Both the position numbers and the translations under genes were made by a program. Below, piece after piece: positions 62,969-64,000 of a stretch of 64,000 nt of DNA; the first letter of the stretch is position 1, and each line of letters opens with the position of its first letter. The notes under the pieces are model-generated. The model ran no database searches, had not been told where the DNA came from, and was given only the letters and a program-made list of their open reading frames with translations. This DNA comes from Guillardia theta CCMP2712 (Eukaryota; Protista; Cryptophyta): assembly GCF_000315625.1 (NCBI RefSeq), contig NW_005434604.1, positions 186,001-250,000 on the forward strand, written 5' to 3'.

Positions 62969-64000
62969 ATGGAGAAGCAATCGATGGACAAGGAGCCGGA
63001 GGAATCGAGGGAGAGCGATGAGAAAGGGACGAGCACGAACAGTACTGACTTCTAAGAACCATTAGGGTGACGTCGATGTCGATGTATGGTAGAAGAACAG
63101 AGTTCACTTCTCCCTTGTACAGCCATAAAGAGGAGAATCCTCGTCATCCTCATCCTGCTAGGGAGAAGCCTCAAGCTCGTGAGGAGGTGATTCCGAGTCA
63201 GACCTTTCTGTCTCCGGGACAAGAACGGCTTGTCAAACGATACGTAGATCCCAACGTCCGATTCCAGCCCCCTGCTCGCTCGCCGCCGTCATTCGTGAAC
63301 AGCAATGAGACACTTTGTGTCGATCTCCTCCTGGACATGCGGCATCGAGTCGAGTCACTTGAGAGTACAGTCCGACAGCTTGTGGGAGTCTGTCGAAGCC
63401 TCTTAGATGAGAACAACACCATGAAAGATCAAATCCTCGCCCTCAAGGTAGCTTGGCAAACCGTTTGAAGCTGCATTTAATTTGCGCAAGCAGAAAAGGA
63501 TCGAGCAACACGGGAGTGAAACAAAATCCGTCAATCTGTCTCCGAAGGATCATTACGTTGAAACTGCATCGAACCTGAAGGTGACTGCCTGCACTTTCTG
63601 ACAATCATCGCTCTGACGGGGTTGGGATGCAAAGAAGGTCAACATTTCAAAAGATGAATTGCAGTCCAACTATGAAGACTTCAACGAATCCATGAAGTTG
63701 CTGATGCAACAAGTCTCTCCCTCGATACAGAAATCATCCCCTAAAGATTCTGTAACCTACCATGCGATTCCTCAACCTAGTCACTGATACTCACTCAGGC
63801 GCCTAAAGTCGCTCACAGTGAGAAATCAGAACAAGATCGGCATGCAGCTCTTGAGGGATCAGATCAGCGCAACCCTGAACTTTTTGATAGCCCTAAGCCT
63901 TCGTCAGAGGCGACTTTTGTCATCCTAAATGGTACGTTTGTACAGTCAACTTTCAATCTGGCGTGCTGAATACGTGTTAGTCGAGCATCTTTCATGTTTC
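62969..64000 (+). CDS. 5' part of hypothetical coiled-coil protein (runs off window)
   Basis: ORF 63067-63468 with heptad LLDMRHRVESLESTVRQL; downstream GT-AG introns. Confidence 0.5.

Overview
Eukaryotic nuclear DNA, gene-dense and rich in ~45-55 nt spliceosomal introns (mostly GT-AG with CTGAY/CTAAC-like branch points). Several genes carry signal peptide + Phe + transit peptide leaders, which points to an alga with a complex red plastid; a cryptophyte (Guillardia theta-like) is my inference. Recognisable genes: a plastid-type SAM methyltransferase, a ~1640-aa SPRY/Ig-repeat/EF-hand/MORN protein, a BED-zinc-finger protein, long-chain acyl-CoA synthetase, P4-ATPase flippase, RING-H2 protein, giant BLTP1/KIAA1109/Csf1 lipid-transfer protein, class II CPD photolyase, Tat-targeted PsbP-like lumen protein, UBE2T, Delta24-sterol reductase, a JmjC/Cupin_4 oxygenase and several hypothetical proteins. 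No rRNA, tRNA, CRISPR or intact transposon was recognised. Main findings: (1) a ~30-bp intergenic element (TTTACTCAAAGTTAAGTTAAAGATCAGTAC) with 4 near-perfect and several partial copies, mostly near gene 5' ends beside GC-rich palindromes; (2) an Ig-repeat rod with EF-hand modules inserted inside four of its six Ig domains; (3) a probable non-canonical GA-AG intron and a C-terminal PIP-box-like motif in the photolyase; (4) strand-asymmetric G-tract islands sharing a GTACCGGTAC palindrome; (5) two convergent genes whose stop codons overlap in one CTAG; (6) a 327-bp duplication bounded almost exactly by a small ORF. All exon boundaries were inferred by eye and are approximate.
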